From Proteromonas lacertae (lineage: Eukaryota), in contig NGBS01000309.1 of assembly GCA_002245135.1 (NCBI GenBank), forward strand, positions 62,001-109,903: a stretch of 47,903 nucleotides of DNA, read 5' to 3'. The translations under genes and the position numbers were made by a program. This document shows, piece by piece, positions 23,298 through 36,700 of this stretch (position 1 is the stretch's first letter; every line of letters begins with the position of its first letter). Under the pieces are notes generated by a model. It ran no database searches. It saw only the letters and a program-made list of their open reading frames with translations, and was not told where the DNA came from.

Positions 23298-25206
23298 ATG
23301 AATATGAATCTAGCTAATGACAATAATAAGAAATACAAATTAACAAAAAGAGGGAAAGTAACAAACTCGTTAGTCACAAGATGGTTTGAATTGCCAACAA
23401 ATCGTATTGTTTGTTATATAATATGCTTTAGAATATTTAAAATATTACAAATTTGAAACAGATATTGATCCTAAAGGAGTGATTGACTTGAAAGATGTTC
23501 GAGTGGAACAACCAAATTATTGTTCATCTTGTTTAGTTATTACAGTTCCAAATCATAAGAGTAAAATTGTTCTACATCTTCATGGATGCTCTAAAGAAGA
23601 AATCCTTTCCTTAAAGCTTATGATTGATTTAGCTGGTAGTAGGTCAAACCATTATTCACCCTTACAAGCATACGGTACTTTTCAAACAGAAATACCAGAT
23701 ATGAACATTCAATCTAATCGTTCTTTGCTTGTTCGTGGTGATAGTCCAATAGGTAATAAATACTTACTAACCAAATCAGGTTTAACAAAAGTAACCAAAC
23801 AATATGTCAGATTCGATGAAAATTACAATATGATCGTATATAAAAACTCAATAGATGATGATTCAATCAATCCACCAATCAAAACAGTTACGTTAAATGA
23901 TATAATATATTACGAATATGACAGAAATGCCTGTAGATGTCACAAATTCAATGAAATGAGCTATGATGATATAAACGACTCATATTATAGTAACAAATAT
24001 CGTAATTGTATAACAGTAGAATCTAAAACAAAAGGATATAAGAAATTCGTACTACATAGTCATGATTTTAATAAAGAGACTGTCGATTTAAATAGGAAAG
24101 AAATTGAAGAAGTATTAGGAAATATAATAAAGCAACAACACAAACATGTAATGTCAATTGCAGGTGGTGAATTTATAAGTTTATCAGATTTTAAGATAAT
24201 GAATGAAATAGGAAGAGGAGCCTTTGGTCGTGTGTATTTGTGCCAGAACATTAACACTAATTATTATTATGCTATGAAAGTAATTGAAAAAACTATAACT
24301 ACTGAAAAGATGAAGAGAAATACAGTTGATAATTTCAATAGATTAAGAAATATCAATAATCCATTTATTATCAATATACATTACTGTTTTAACAGTGAAA
24401 ATAATGGGAAAATATATACAATTATGGATTATTGTAATAATTATAGTTTATACTACTTCTTACAGTGTTGTAAACATTTTACAGAAGCTCAAAGTGTGTT
24501 TTATTTGAGTGAGATCTTATTAGGATTAGAAGCACTTCATAACAATCATATAATCTATTCAGATTTGAAATTAGAAAATATTCTAATCGATGATTTTGGA
24601 CATATTAAAATAATAGATTTTGGATTATCAAAGTTTCTTCCAAACAATGAAAATAGAGTGAGAAGTAATAGTATATGTGGTAGTAAAGAATATCTAAGTC
24701 CTGAAGTAATTAATCGTGAAGAATATGGTATAGAACGTGATTATTGGAGTTTAGGATGTTTATATTATGAATTATTAGTAGGACAAACTCCATTTCATAA
24801 CAAAATGAATAGTGAATGTGATTTATATGATAGAATCAAAAGTGGAAATGTAATATATCCTAATACTATGTCTGGTGAATCAATTGGTTTAATTAGAGAG
24901 TTATTGAATGTAAATGTGGAAGAAAGATTGAATTTTGTAAAGAATAATATGAAAGATCATATGTTGTTTAGAAAACATAATGTGATATGGGATAATGTAT
25001 ATAATAAAGAGATTATTCCACCAATAATACCCAAATTGAATGAGAATAATTGTGATAATGATTATATGATTCAATATTTAATAAAGACACATAAAAGTAG
25101 TAATAATAACACAGCCAATAGTATAAAGAAGAATTCAATAGATAATGATATGATTGAAGATGTAAATACAAACGAAACAAAAAATAAATGTGTTATAATT
25201 GCATAA
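23298..25206 (+). CDS. PH-PH-AGC family Ser/Thr kinase (Akt/PKB/RSK-like)
   Basis: Exon 1 'LTKRGKVTNSLVTRWFEL' plus exon 2 'YLKYYK....PKGVIDL' form a PH domain, followed by a second PH-like segment. Kinase motifs GRGAFG, YAMK, YSDLKLEN, DFG, ICGSKEYLSPE, DYWSLG; AGC tail 'W..V..K.I.PP..P'. Confidence 0.9.
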
Positions 25207-25297
25207 TTTTAGTTAAAAATTGTAAATACTTAATTTTAATGATTTAGTTATGTTTTTTGAAAGGTAAAAAAACATTTTGTATAAATAATATTGTCCA

Positions 25298-26626
25298 TTA
25301 TTTTTTAGTTTTTCTTGCAATACTACTTTGTCTATGAGTTGGACTTTTACTTCCTTTCTTTCCTTTTCTATGCTTTCTCTTCTTCTTCAACTTCAATTTC
25401 AACAATGCAACAGCTTGTCTAGCGCAATAACCTCTCCATAATGCTTGGTATTTAGTAGCAGCATCCACTAACGTCTTCATCTTATTATAAGCAGCTAATT
25501 GATCATCTCTCAGTTGTTTCTCTTCAGCATCAAAGTTAGATTTATCCCAATCTAATTTGTGGAATAATTCTCTATATATATTAAGTAAATAATATATTAT
25601 ATATACTCTAATCTTCTTAATGGTATTAATTCTTCATCATGTTTTTTTATTATATCTTTCATAATATCCTCTTTTTCTCTACAGTCTTTATCATATTGAT
25701 CTAAAATAACTAACAAATCATTCATCTCTTTATTCTTTCGTTTACTATATATATATATATATATAATTAATATATTTAATATATACCGTAATTTCAATTC
25801 TAATTCTCCATGTGCTAAACTATCTTTTGTTAATGTGTCATTTACCTTCTTATACTCATCATTATATAATGATTCTTTAGCTTCATGAGATGCAAGGTTT
25901 GAGGCTTGTTCTTTTTGAGTATCTTTTAATAATTGAGCAGTTTTTGAATCATAGGATTGCTTTGTATCTGCTATTAATACTTTTAATCGACTTATTTGTT
26001 GATCAGCTCTATGTAAAATATAAAATATATAGGAGTAAAAGTACTTTATTATTTCTTCTTCTTTTCTTTTATTAAATGCTTTAAATTCATCCATTAAGAC
26101 TTTCTTTTCTGTTTCCGCTTTTGTTGTCCTTGCAATTAATTCTGTTATGTTTTGTAAATAGGCTTTATCTTGTTCTACTGTTGAGGATAATCGAGAATTA
26201 AAAACATCTCTTAATTGTTTCAAATAGTTTATACATTCTTGTATTGATTCTTGCACTTTTAAATCTTTATTAACTGTAGCAGCACCAGGATCATTTCTCC
26301 AATCTCTTGCTAAACTTCTTATTATTGGTTTCACTTGTTTAAAAATCCAATCAGCAAACCAATCCTCTTGGTCTATTTTATACAACATTTCCTCAAATTC
26401 TCTCTATTAATAACAACTTCAATAAATACAAGTTTTTCTATTTGAATATTTGTCTCTTCCACCAAATTTATTGCTAATTCTCCTAAATCACAACCCATTG
26501 GAATTCTTCCTAACTAGTTTTCATAAGAACATCAGTTAATACTATTGTTAAGTTTTCTATAGTATCATCCAGAACACCCAGCATTCTAGCAGACTCTGTA
26601 TGTGTTATTGCATTAGTTGTAGCCAT
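25298..26626 (-). CDS. DRC10: Dynein regulatory complex subunit 10 (IQCD)-like coiled-coil/IQ protein
   Basis: ATG at 26626 (MATTNAITHTESARMLGVLDDTIE), five short introns and a long coiled coil including 'ELELKLRKRKNK...YDKD'. C-terminal IQ motif 'AATKYQALWRGYCAR' followed by a Lys/Gly-rich tail. Confidence 0.75.
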
Positions 26627-26699
26627 TTATAACATTGAAAAAACAAAAAAATAAAATAACGTTTTTGAATTAGCTTGATAGATAATCAAGCTTTTTTTA

Positions 26700-27650
26700 A
26701 TGTTTCGCATTTTCTCTCAAACAAGAAAATATTTTAGGTTTATTAAATATTCAAAGAATACATCGTTGAAGGCATTTTCTACTATTATCGAAGATACTCC
26801 ATTTTCTTTTTCTGTTAATTATCAACCAAGTATATAATCATTTTTTTATCAACAATGGTGTTATAAAATGAAATAGAAGATAAAATATTGGTAAATGCTC
26901 CAACCAAAACATCCACTCCATCATCAGTGTATGAATTATTGGGTATAGATGTAACTCCACTTGATGATTTAATTCAAGGATATATATCTGTTCGTATATT
27001 GATTAATTATGTTATTTGTGTTGAAATAGGTTCTTCAATTCCAAAGAATGTAACTCCCAATGAAAGACTAGTTCTATGCAATCTGCCTGGTAATATAAGT
27101 GCTGTAGAAATAACCAATGCATTTAGAATTCTATCACCAATAAGAATACTCTACATAACAAATCCAAATTGGCAAATATCTTCTTGTTCATTCGCTCTTC
27201 AAGATTCAAGCCTAACTCCTACAGTTATTGGTGCTTATGTAACAATAAGAAATCAAAGATGTAGAGTATTATCAGTAGAAATGGCTAAGGAAGAAGGGAT
27301 TTGTTTATTGTGTGGAAAAAAAGGCCATACACAACACAATTGTCCAAAGTATATTTATATTTCATTTAAACATACTGTAGAGGAGCTTTACAATGCTTCA
27401 ATTGTGGTAGATATGGACATACTGCAAAAAACTGTCCATTTGAGTATATTGTTCTTCTAAGTAATTATATTTAGGCATGGAAAGATTATTTGCTTCAGAT
27501 GCCATCGGTACGGTCATTTAGCTAAAGATTGTCCCAATATGTATTTCATTTTGTGTTATTTATAGAGATAATTCCATACCATTTTGTCATTACTGCTATG
27601 AAGAAGGACATTTTCCTAATGATTGTCCTAAGAGAAAACATTCTTCATAA
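26700..27650 (+). CDS. RRM-like plus four CCHC zinc-knuckle RNA-binding protein with predicted mitochondrial-type presequence
   Basis: ATG at 26700 (MFRIFSQTRKYFRFIKYSKNTSLKAFST); RNP2-like 'LVLCNLP'; knuckles CLLCGKKGHTQHNC, CFNCGRYGHTAKNC, CFRCHRYGHLAKDC and CHYCYEEGHFPNDC on separate small exons; stop at 27648-27650. Confidence 0.8.
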
Positions 27651-27795
27651 TTAGATTAACCGACTGTGTGTTTTATTTATGTATTATTAATGAATGTATA
27701 ATCTTGGATTAATACAAAATAACATAATGGTGAAAACGAGGAATAAAATAAAAAGAGTATTATAAAAATTTAGCCGTTATACTATATAATGCGTT

Positions 27796-30700
27796 ATGTT
27801 TTCTATCTATAACCAGTTTGCTTTTTTAACTTTAATAATTATTTCTACATACTGTTTTGATCTAGGTTACCTATACAAAGATGGATCAGTTTCTGAAAAG
27901 GAACAATGTGATTTATTTACTAAATATCTGAATGATAAAGATAGTACTATAAATATACATAGTGAAAAGTATGATGGAACGCTTGGTGGATTTATTGGAG
28001 CTTTAACTCAAATGATTATGTCAAATCCTTTTGACATAGTATTTGTGCAATGTACTGATGATATTATGAAGATGGAAAAGACCTTTATAGAAAAACAAAA
28101 TAAAATTATATGGTGTGTAAACACATACAATTATGGGGATTGTCATCACAACTTTGTAACAGGAAATTCTATTGTAGCTCCTCTAAAAGATAGTATTTAT
28201 TATTTTTGTTAATATTTCATTAGTTGATTTCATCACATCTTTGTCATCTTCCTATCTAGGTGTATTATCCGGTGTTCAAGATGAATTCGATGCATTCTGG
28301 CCACAGAGAATAAAGAACTTAGGTGTAATATTTGGTCAAGAAAACATATACAACGAAACTCCAGGTGAATTACAAGATGCAAATATAACATATTACAAAA
28401 CCCACTTAGAGGATGATGAATTCAAAGATCAAAATGTACAAACGTATGCTGTAATCAGAAAACAAGCACAAGTAAAATTATTACTAGATAGTATTGGAAA
28501 TGGTGAAAAGAGAAGAGTGTTATTTATGATGAATGGTTTAAGTGAAAAAGAAATAATTTTAGGAAGTGGAGCTAGTTCAGATAAGTTAGAAGGTAATTCA
28601 TTTTTGCATTTGTATAGTAATTATTCAGATTATGAGGAATTTTTAAAACAATATTCATTGACAGCAGCAAATCGAGCTAATCCAGATGGAGATGTTTTTG
28701 TGTATTTATATTTAATTATATATATTTGTATTTTTAAATAGAATTGGAATTGCCAATATGTTGATAGATGTTCTTCAAAAGGTTAGAACAGATCGTGTCT
28801 TGGATTTATTACCGTTTTTATACTACAAAGAGTATGAATATCCTGGAGGAGGTAAAATTGTTTTGTTACCAAATAATAACATAGCTAGTACTTGGTTTAT
28901 TTACGAATTCAAAAAAGATAGTGCAGGTAGTGGTATTACATCTTATATGAGATATCCAATAAAATTAAATAAAGATTTTGAACCAGATGAATATTTTGAT
29001 AGATATTACGATGAAAAGTGTTATTTGATACATCCTGATCAAGCTAAAATTAAAGTAGATGTGTTGAAGATATTAATAGTCACAGAATACAGTTTACAAT
29101 TGAATGATAAGCTATTGAGAGAGATGTTACACTCTTTAGTTGCCTATTTTAATGCAAATGTATATATATATATATATATATTATATATAATATAGAAACC
29201 TATAAGAGGTAAATATATTGAAGCAATATCATTACCTATTGATCCTGATAAAGAAATATCACTTTCTACTACAATAGAGCAAATTAATGATTTAGCAGAG
29301 AATCATACAATATCTGCAGTGTTTTTGTACACTTCTGTTGAAAGAAGAATAAAAATTGTGAATGGACTTGAATCTAATTTGATGGTTTTTTACCTTGGTC
29401 ATGTTGAAGGTGATCATTGTGACCCTAATGTTATTTATGTATTAATATATATTATATATATATAGTGTGATATGATTAATATGAACTATATCAAGCTAGT
29501 GTCATTGTATTTAAGAGAAAGCACAGAAAATGAAAAATTATATGTTATAGGAAGTAATGAAGTGTATAATATATACTTATTTTTATATATAAATCAATAG
29601 ATATGGAGAATCAACCAGTAGATTATTAAGGAAGTATTTGTCTGAGAATGATGGTTATGGTAATAGTGATATATTGTATTATGATCTTAAAGACGATTCA
29701 TTTGCTGAATGTAATGCTTCAATTGCTAAAGCCATAAAGGATTGTGCCAATGGATGTGTTGTATTAATAACAGCTGAGGATAAATACAGTAAACCATTGA
29801 TTTTAGCAATTCAAGATAATAGTTTATCTGAGAATGAGAATTTTACAATAATATTCTTTAATATGAATGAATTAACAGCATATTCATTCAATGTATATAT
29901 ATATATAATTATCTTATTATTTTATAGGCTACTAATATCTACTTTATAACTCATTATTATGATGGTTATATTTACAGTAATCATATAAGTCAGTATTTGA
30001 CTAAATTTAGAAAAGATCTTCAAGATGTGTTTAATATTACAATGCCTTTAACAAATATAATGGCTTTGGTATATAATGCATTTCAACAATGGACAGATTC
30101 TGTAATTCTTTCATCAGATGATCCTTCAATATACAGATCCTATTTCTATCATCAAATTACTGAAGATCCTGCAGCTGGACCATATGAAATATATTATAAC
30201 GGATATGCTCAAGGATTGTTGCAAATTGTGAAGATTATAGATCCATATAAGTGTGAATATGAACAAGTGATTCAAGATTACTTTGCAAGACAAGCAAAAG
30301 TATTTCATAATAACACATTAGATTGCTCATTTGAAGATTTGACAGCTAAACCAGTTCAACCAATATCTCAATACAAAATTGGATTAATTTGGAATATTAA
30401 TACAAAAACTGGATCTAAAAGATATGAAGAAATTCAAATGTTTGTTGAATTACTGAATCAAGATGGTGGAATAAATGGAAGAAAATTACAAACAGTAACA
30501 ACTAAGTATAATGATGATCCGACAAAGTTGAATGATATAGTAAAAACACTCTGTAATGATACTGATTTATTATTCTTTATTGGAACAACTACAACTGCAG
30601 AAAGAAATGCTATTAATAAGACATTAATTGATTATGATAAATTATGTTTTTCTTATGCTCCAAGTCCTGGTAATGTTGTTTATAAGAATATAATCTTTGT

Positions 30701-33700
30701 ATTTATATAATAATAATTATTATTATTTAATAGATGAATCGTTTACCTCATCAACATTTGTCTTATCATTTCTATACTGGAGCAGAGTTATTTGATGCAA
30801 TTGCAATTGCATATGATAATAGTGTAGAGTATATATTGATATAGTTTAATTTCATTTATAGGGAAAGTAAATCTGAAGCTCTATTTTTGAAAAAATTTGC
30901 TAATAGTCAACAAGTTGAACCTATTAAAGTTTATGCATATGATTCATCAAAACTGTCAGCCAAACAATTAGCTGATAAAGTAAGTATTGATTTAAATATA
31001 CCTTCTAAAACTACTTTATTATATTCATTCCTGGGTGATTATATTGATGAGTTTATGCAGAATTACACTCTATCATCTGCAACTCATCCAATTATTATTG
31101 AAGATTATGAAAGTGCAAGAGTATCAAACTTTTCATTGTATGATGGTCATTTCTGTGAATCATTCTACTTCAGATTATTTACTACTCCAGTGAATGTCGC
31201 ATTAAAGAAACAGATAGAAACGTATAAAGGTTTACCTGATGAATTAATGAATAAACATGGTTTTATGTTTTATACAGCATTACAGATGATGAAATCAGCT
31301 ATTGAAGCTACTGCTACTCTTAATTCAACTAGTTTGAGATTGAATATGTATGAAACTGAATATGATACTCCAATTGGTAAAATGAAACTTATACCAAATA
31401 ATTATCTTACTCATTACAATAGAATAAGGAGGATATTAGGTACAGGTAAGACAATTGATGAGTTTTACTTCCCTTCTCCCATTTATCCAATGCCTTATCA
31501 TCCAGTAGATAATAATGATCAATATTATGATGTATCTTTCGGTTATGGTGAAAATGGAGCTTTAAAAGAAAAGAATGTAATAATTATTGCCTATTTTGAG
31601 AATATTGAATCTAGAACTAATGCTTACATGAATTATGATATTGTTAGAATAGCTATTGAAAATGCTAACTATAATGGAGGAATAAAAGGAGCTGAAATAG
31701 CAACAGAAGTGTATCAATGTCCTGCCAGTAAAATGGAGGCTTCTGGTACAATATTAGATTTATATAACAGAGGAGTTAAAGTAATAATTGGAGGATGTGA
31801 TGAAAAACATAGAGACTATTTAAGAAGTATTGTTGAGTCATTAAAGATGGTGTTTATTTATACTGGATTTAACGCAGGTGGTGATTGTTCAAAATATATT
31901 AGATATGTTTATAATTCACCAGCACAAGCTCTTATTCCAGTTGGATTACATATGCTATATAATGAACCAGATCGTCCATTCTTTATTTATTCATTAGCTG
32001 ATGATATTTCATCTAGAATTAAGTTAGTAAAAAGTATTTTTAATGCATTTCCTGCTAGATTTGTTGGCGATATAGGCATTCCTGAAGTACAAGATGAAAA
32101 TGAGATTGAAATTAGTATAAGAGAAAGTTTAATAGCTATGAAAAAAGCATTACCAGATGGTGGACCTATACTTGTATTACTTCGTAGTTTATATATGGAA
32201 AAATTCTTAGAGGTTATATTAAACTTGTTATATGATCCAACAAAATTTAGTAGTCATGAAGAAATGTTTGAATATTATCGATTATATTTAATTGATTCTT
32301 CTCATACTCATTATTCTAATGGTGATAAGTTAAAAGGAATAAAAGTATATGCTTCATTCTTACAAACAGAATCAAGAATGAGTCAAACCTTTTTTTCAAA
32401 CTTTAGATCCTTAACAACTATGAGTTATTCCAGTTATGTTAATGCAGTAGATAGTGTAGCAACGACATTCATACTACAAGTATTAAGAGATGTAGCATCA
32501 TTAGATACTGAAGAAATATTGAAGCAAACTTATCTTACTTCTGTTGAAACAGCTATTGGAGCAATTGTTGCTGATTCATCCAATCACTTTAGTCAATATA
32601 TTTATTATGGTCATGTGAATAAAGATGGTGATATTGTAGCTGATTCAACAGTGACTAGCTCATGGAGTGGTGATCCTTGGAGAGAAACATTTGATCAAAT
32701 GGATTATTATAGATGTGATTGGAGAGAATTGGAAAGTGAAAAAGCTTCAGTTTCTTTGTATAGAATGTTAATTATTCTTTCAGAAGATCCTATGTTTAGA
32801 GTTAAATCATTGGTTTATTATTATTCATTGTATGCAGCAGTAAATATGGTAAATGATGATGAAAATGGAATAAATGGTTATTACATTTGGCCAACAGTTG
32901 TAACTGATGGAAATAATGCAACTTACGTTGCACAACTTGTGCGATATTACAATAATGAATATGATATAAAATTATTTTGTGGTGGTGCTACAGCTGCAAT
33001 TAGAAAAGGAATGCAAGAAGGAGCTGAAGATATAGATGTGGTATTGTTCTTCCCATTTGATTATGAAGGTAGAGAATGTTTATCAAAAGGATTGTATTTT
33101 GGTTTACCTTATCAATCATATCTTGTTTTATTCCCTTGGATAGTAAAAATGTCAAAAGGTACAATTATAGTATTATATTCTAATACTGTATATTCGACTA
33201 TATTTTATGAATTTTTGAAAAAGGATTTTGATGCTTATGAACATTATATTGAATTTAACTTAGATATATTAACTTCACAAGATAATATCACTGCTGTTCT
33301 TACTATTATAAAGAACTTGAATTTAGGAGGAGGTTTAATTGTTTCTCTATTAGAAGGTGAGACTGCTCTTTCATTATTTTCTGCCATGAGAGCAAATGGA
33401 TTAACACCTCCTAATTTCATTAGTGTTTCATTAGATATTGATGATTTATCTCTTTATACAGTAGGTGAAGATGCTATTGGACATTATTATTGGGATACAT
33501 TTATAAGAAATACTTCAAATCAGTTTTATTCTACAATTGAAGGTAGAATTCTTAAGATATTTACTTTTTTACCACAAATTAATTCATTAGCTATTACTGC
33601 TGTTGATCAAATTATAGTATTCAGAGATACAATGAAGAAAATGAATGATCTTGCTGGTGTTACAGAACCAACAGCTGCTGATTTCCATGATTTAGTCATA

Positions 33701-36700
33701 AATAGTGAGTTTTCAGTTGCAAATGGTGATAATGTTAAATTTACTCCAGGAGGATCTTTATATACTAATAATTTTATTAAATATGTTCAAGGGTTTAAAG
33801 ATGGAAAGCCAATTATTTCAATAGAATATGGAACACAGAAATTAGTTCCATCTTATCCATTTGGTTGTTTATATCATGACACAGAAATCCAAAGATGTGA
33901 TTGGAGACAATCTGTTTCTAAAATTTTTACTTATTCTACTGTTAAACTTGGATTGATATTCTCTACAACTGGTGAAAATACTGAAATAGATGTAAGATCA
34001 ATAAATGGAGTATTTGCAGCTGTTAAAGAGATATATTTTGATAATGATCCAATTAATAACACTTATTTAACAATAAAGATGTTTAATTATCAATCTAATT
34101 TAGACTATCTTAAGCAACATCTTGAAGAGTTTTTGTCAGATAAAGATATTAAAGTCTTAGTCGGTTGTTCATCAAATGATTGTAAATTATATGTTAAAAG
34201 TGTATTAGAGAAAATGGAAAATCCTCCTCCTTATTTCTATGGAAGAATATCATTAGGTCAAGAATGCAGTCCATTGCTATATCATACAAATTTAGTACCA
34301 GATCAGTTTGTGAATAGATTGTTTGAATATTTTATATCTACCAGTTACAATACAAATTTGTACTTACTTACTGAATTGGCTTATGATGATTATCACTTTG
34401 ATGAATTAATAGAAGATGCTTCAAGTGGTTTATACACATTTATAGGTAATTTCAAAGTATCATCTGAACAAACATTTACTCTAAATATTGTGAAAGAAAT
34501 AACAGCAAACATGTCAGGCGGTGGAGTGATAATTACAGCATTAACAAGTAGTGATTTATCAAGATTTTTACAACTTATTACAAAGATAAGAGCTGATGCT
34601 AATAAATTCGCAATTGTTGATATTTTACTAGAAGAAGAACATCTAGATACTATTCTACCAAGTTATAGAAAGAATCTCTATAAACTGTCAAGATATTATA
34701 AAGATATTCCAACTGAAGCAAATGAAGCATTTAAAAAGAAGATATTACATTATACTAGTGAATCAGATCCAACAGCAATGCTAGAAAGTGTTTATGGTGG
34801 AACAATGTTATGGTATTATGCTGCAAAGAAATGTGGATGTTTTGATCCTGATGAAATAAGAAAAACAATTCATGGATTAAGTGTGGATGTAGGAAGTGGT
34901 GTAATGACCATGACTGAGAATAATTATGCAACTACTCCATTCTTTGTAGCAAGATATTCAGCAGATGGTAGTAAACTAGAAACTAAATACTTTAAATATG
35001 AAACTGAAAATCCATCACCTTGGAGTTGGAATATTAAACTAAGTTATGGTTTGAAATGTAGTTTCAAGAATAATGAAATCAAAACACAATATGTTGTGCC
35101 TGTTAAGAGAGTATTGTTTGCATCAGCTTTAACAGGAAGTTTATCTGATAAATCTGATGGATTAGTTGATGCTTTTCAACTTGCTATAAATGAGATTAAT
35201 GTTAATGGTGGAGTTGGTGGATATACAATAAAAGCTGATATAATGGATATGCAATCTGATACTGAATATTGTAAAAGGGCAATTTCTAATTATATATCAA
35301 GTGAAGTAGCAACAATATTTACATTTGTTCATCCTGTATGTACAAATTATCTAATAGAGAGTGATGTATTGACTAACAATAGATTATTAATGTTTGTAAC
35401 AAAAGAGAGAAAATTAGGTTTTTGTGATCAAAATGTTGCTATAGCTACAGAACATTTATCACTATATGAACCAGTTGCAGCTGTGATTCATACAAGATTC
35501 TATCTGAGACTATTTGTATTTTATAATGAAGAAGATGATGAAATTGCTAATTTTGTATTATCTGAATCAGCGAAACTATCTGTTGATGTAATTACTTATA
35601 TTGCATATCCATTTACAACTTCTGGTATTAGAAGACTGATTAGAGCATATAGTGAAGATGAAGAAAATACAAATTGCATCTTATTCTTTGGTGAAAAAAA
35701 TGACTTTGTCACATTAATGACTGTATTATCAACACAGAATAGAAATAATCAATTTCATGTAATAGTTATGAGAAATGCTGAAAAGATAAGAACATTGAAA
35801 GAATATTACAATACTGGATATGAAATGTTTGGATTTTATGAACAAGATTATGAGAGTGAAGAGAATGAAAAATTTAAAACTAATATTTATCAAAGAATCA
35901 ATAAAGAGAAGTATATATCAGATGGAATGGTGAGATTATATTCATCTGTTAAGTTATGGGCAATGGCTGCAAATAAATTACCGTTAGATCTAACAGATGA
36001 TGAAGGTAATAAAATATCCAGTTTAGATTTCAATGAGTTAAGAAATCATTTACGTTCTTTAGAAGTTGAAAGTCCAAGTGGATTAACACATTTTGGATCA
36101 AACCAGTACTTGGCAAGAATTGGATATTTATCTCAAATACAACCAGATGGAACTGCAAAAATAGTATATACAACTATAACTCCACATTTACCAGAAGCAT
36201 GGCCATTTAAAGATGGAAAATATGTAAAATGTGATTTTGATGATGCAAATGTTGATTCACAAAAAGAGGTTAATACTTATACAGTTGCTGTTGTTGTTTC
36301 TCTTAAAGGAAGCGATGCTACAACTGGATCAAGATTATTCCATTCATTTGCTGCTGCATTAGATCAAATAAATGAAGATGGAGGAGTGTTGAATTATTAT
36401 ATTACTTATCAATTATATGATGCAAATTCAAGTGATGAAAGATATGTTGAAATAATAAATGATATTGTAACTCATACAACATACAGTTATATATTTGGTG
36501 CTAATCTACCTGATACTTTAGAGAAAATAGCTCCAATATTAGAAAAAACTGATAGAGGTTTATTCTTTTTAGGAAGAGCTTATGGAGAAAAATGTTATGA
36601 AAATACAATAATTGCTGGAGTTCCACCCTATGAATTAGTAAGACTTACATTGAGAAGATTATTAGAAATGTCATCAGCGACTTATATAGTTTATAACTCT

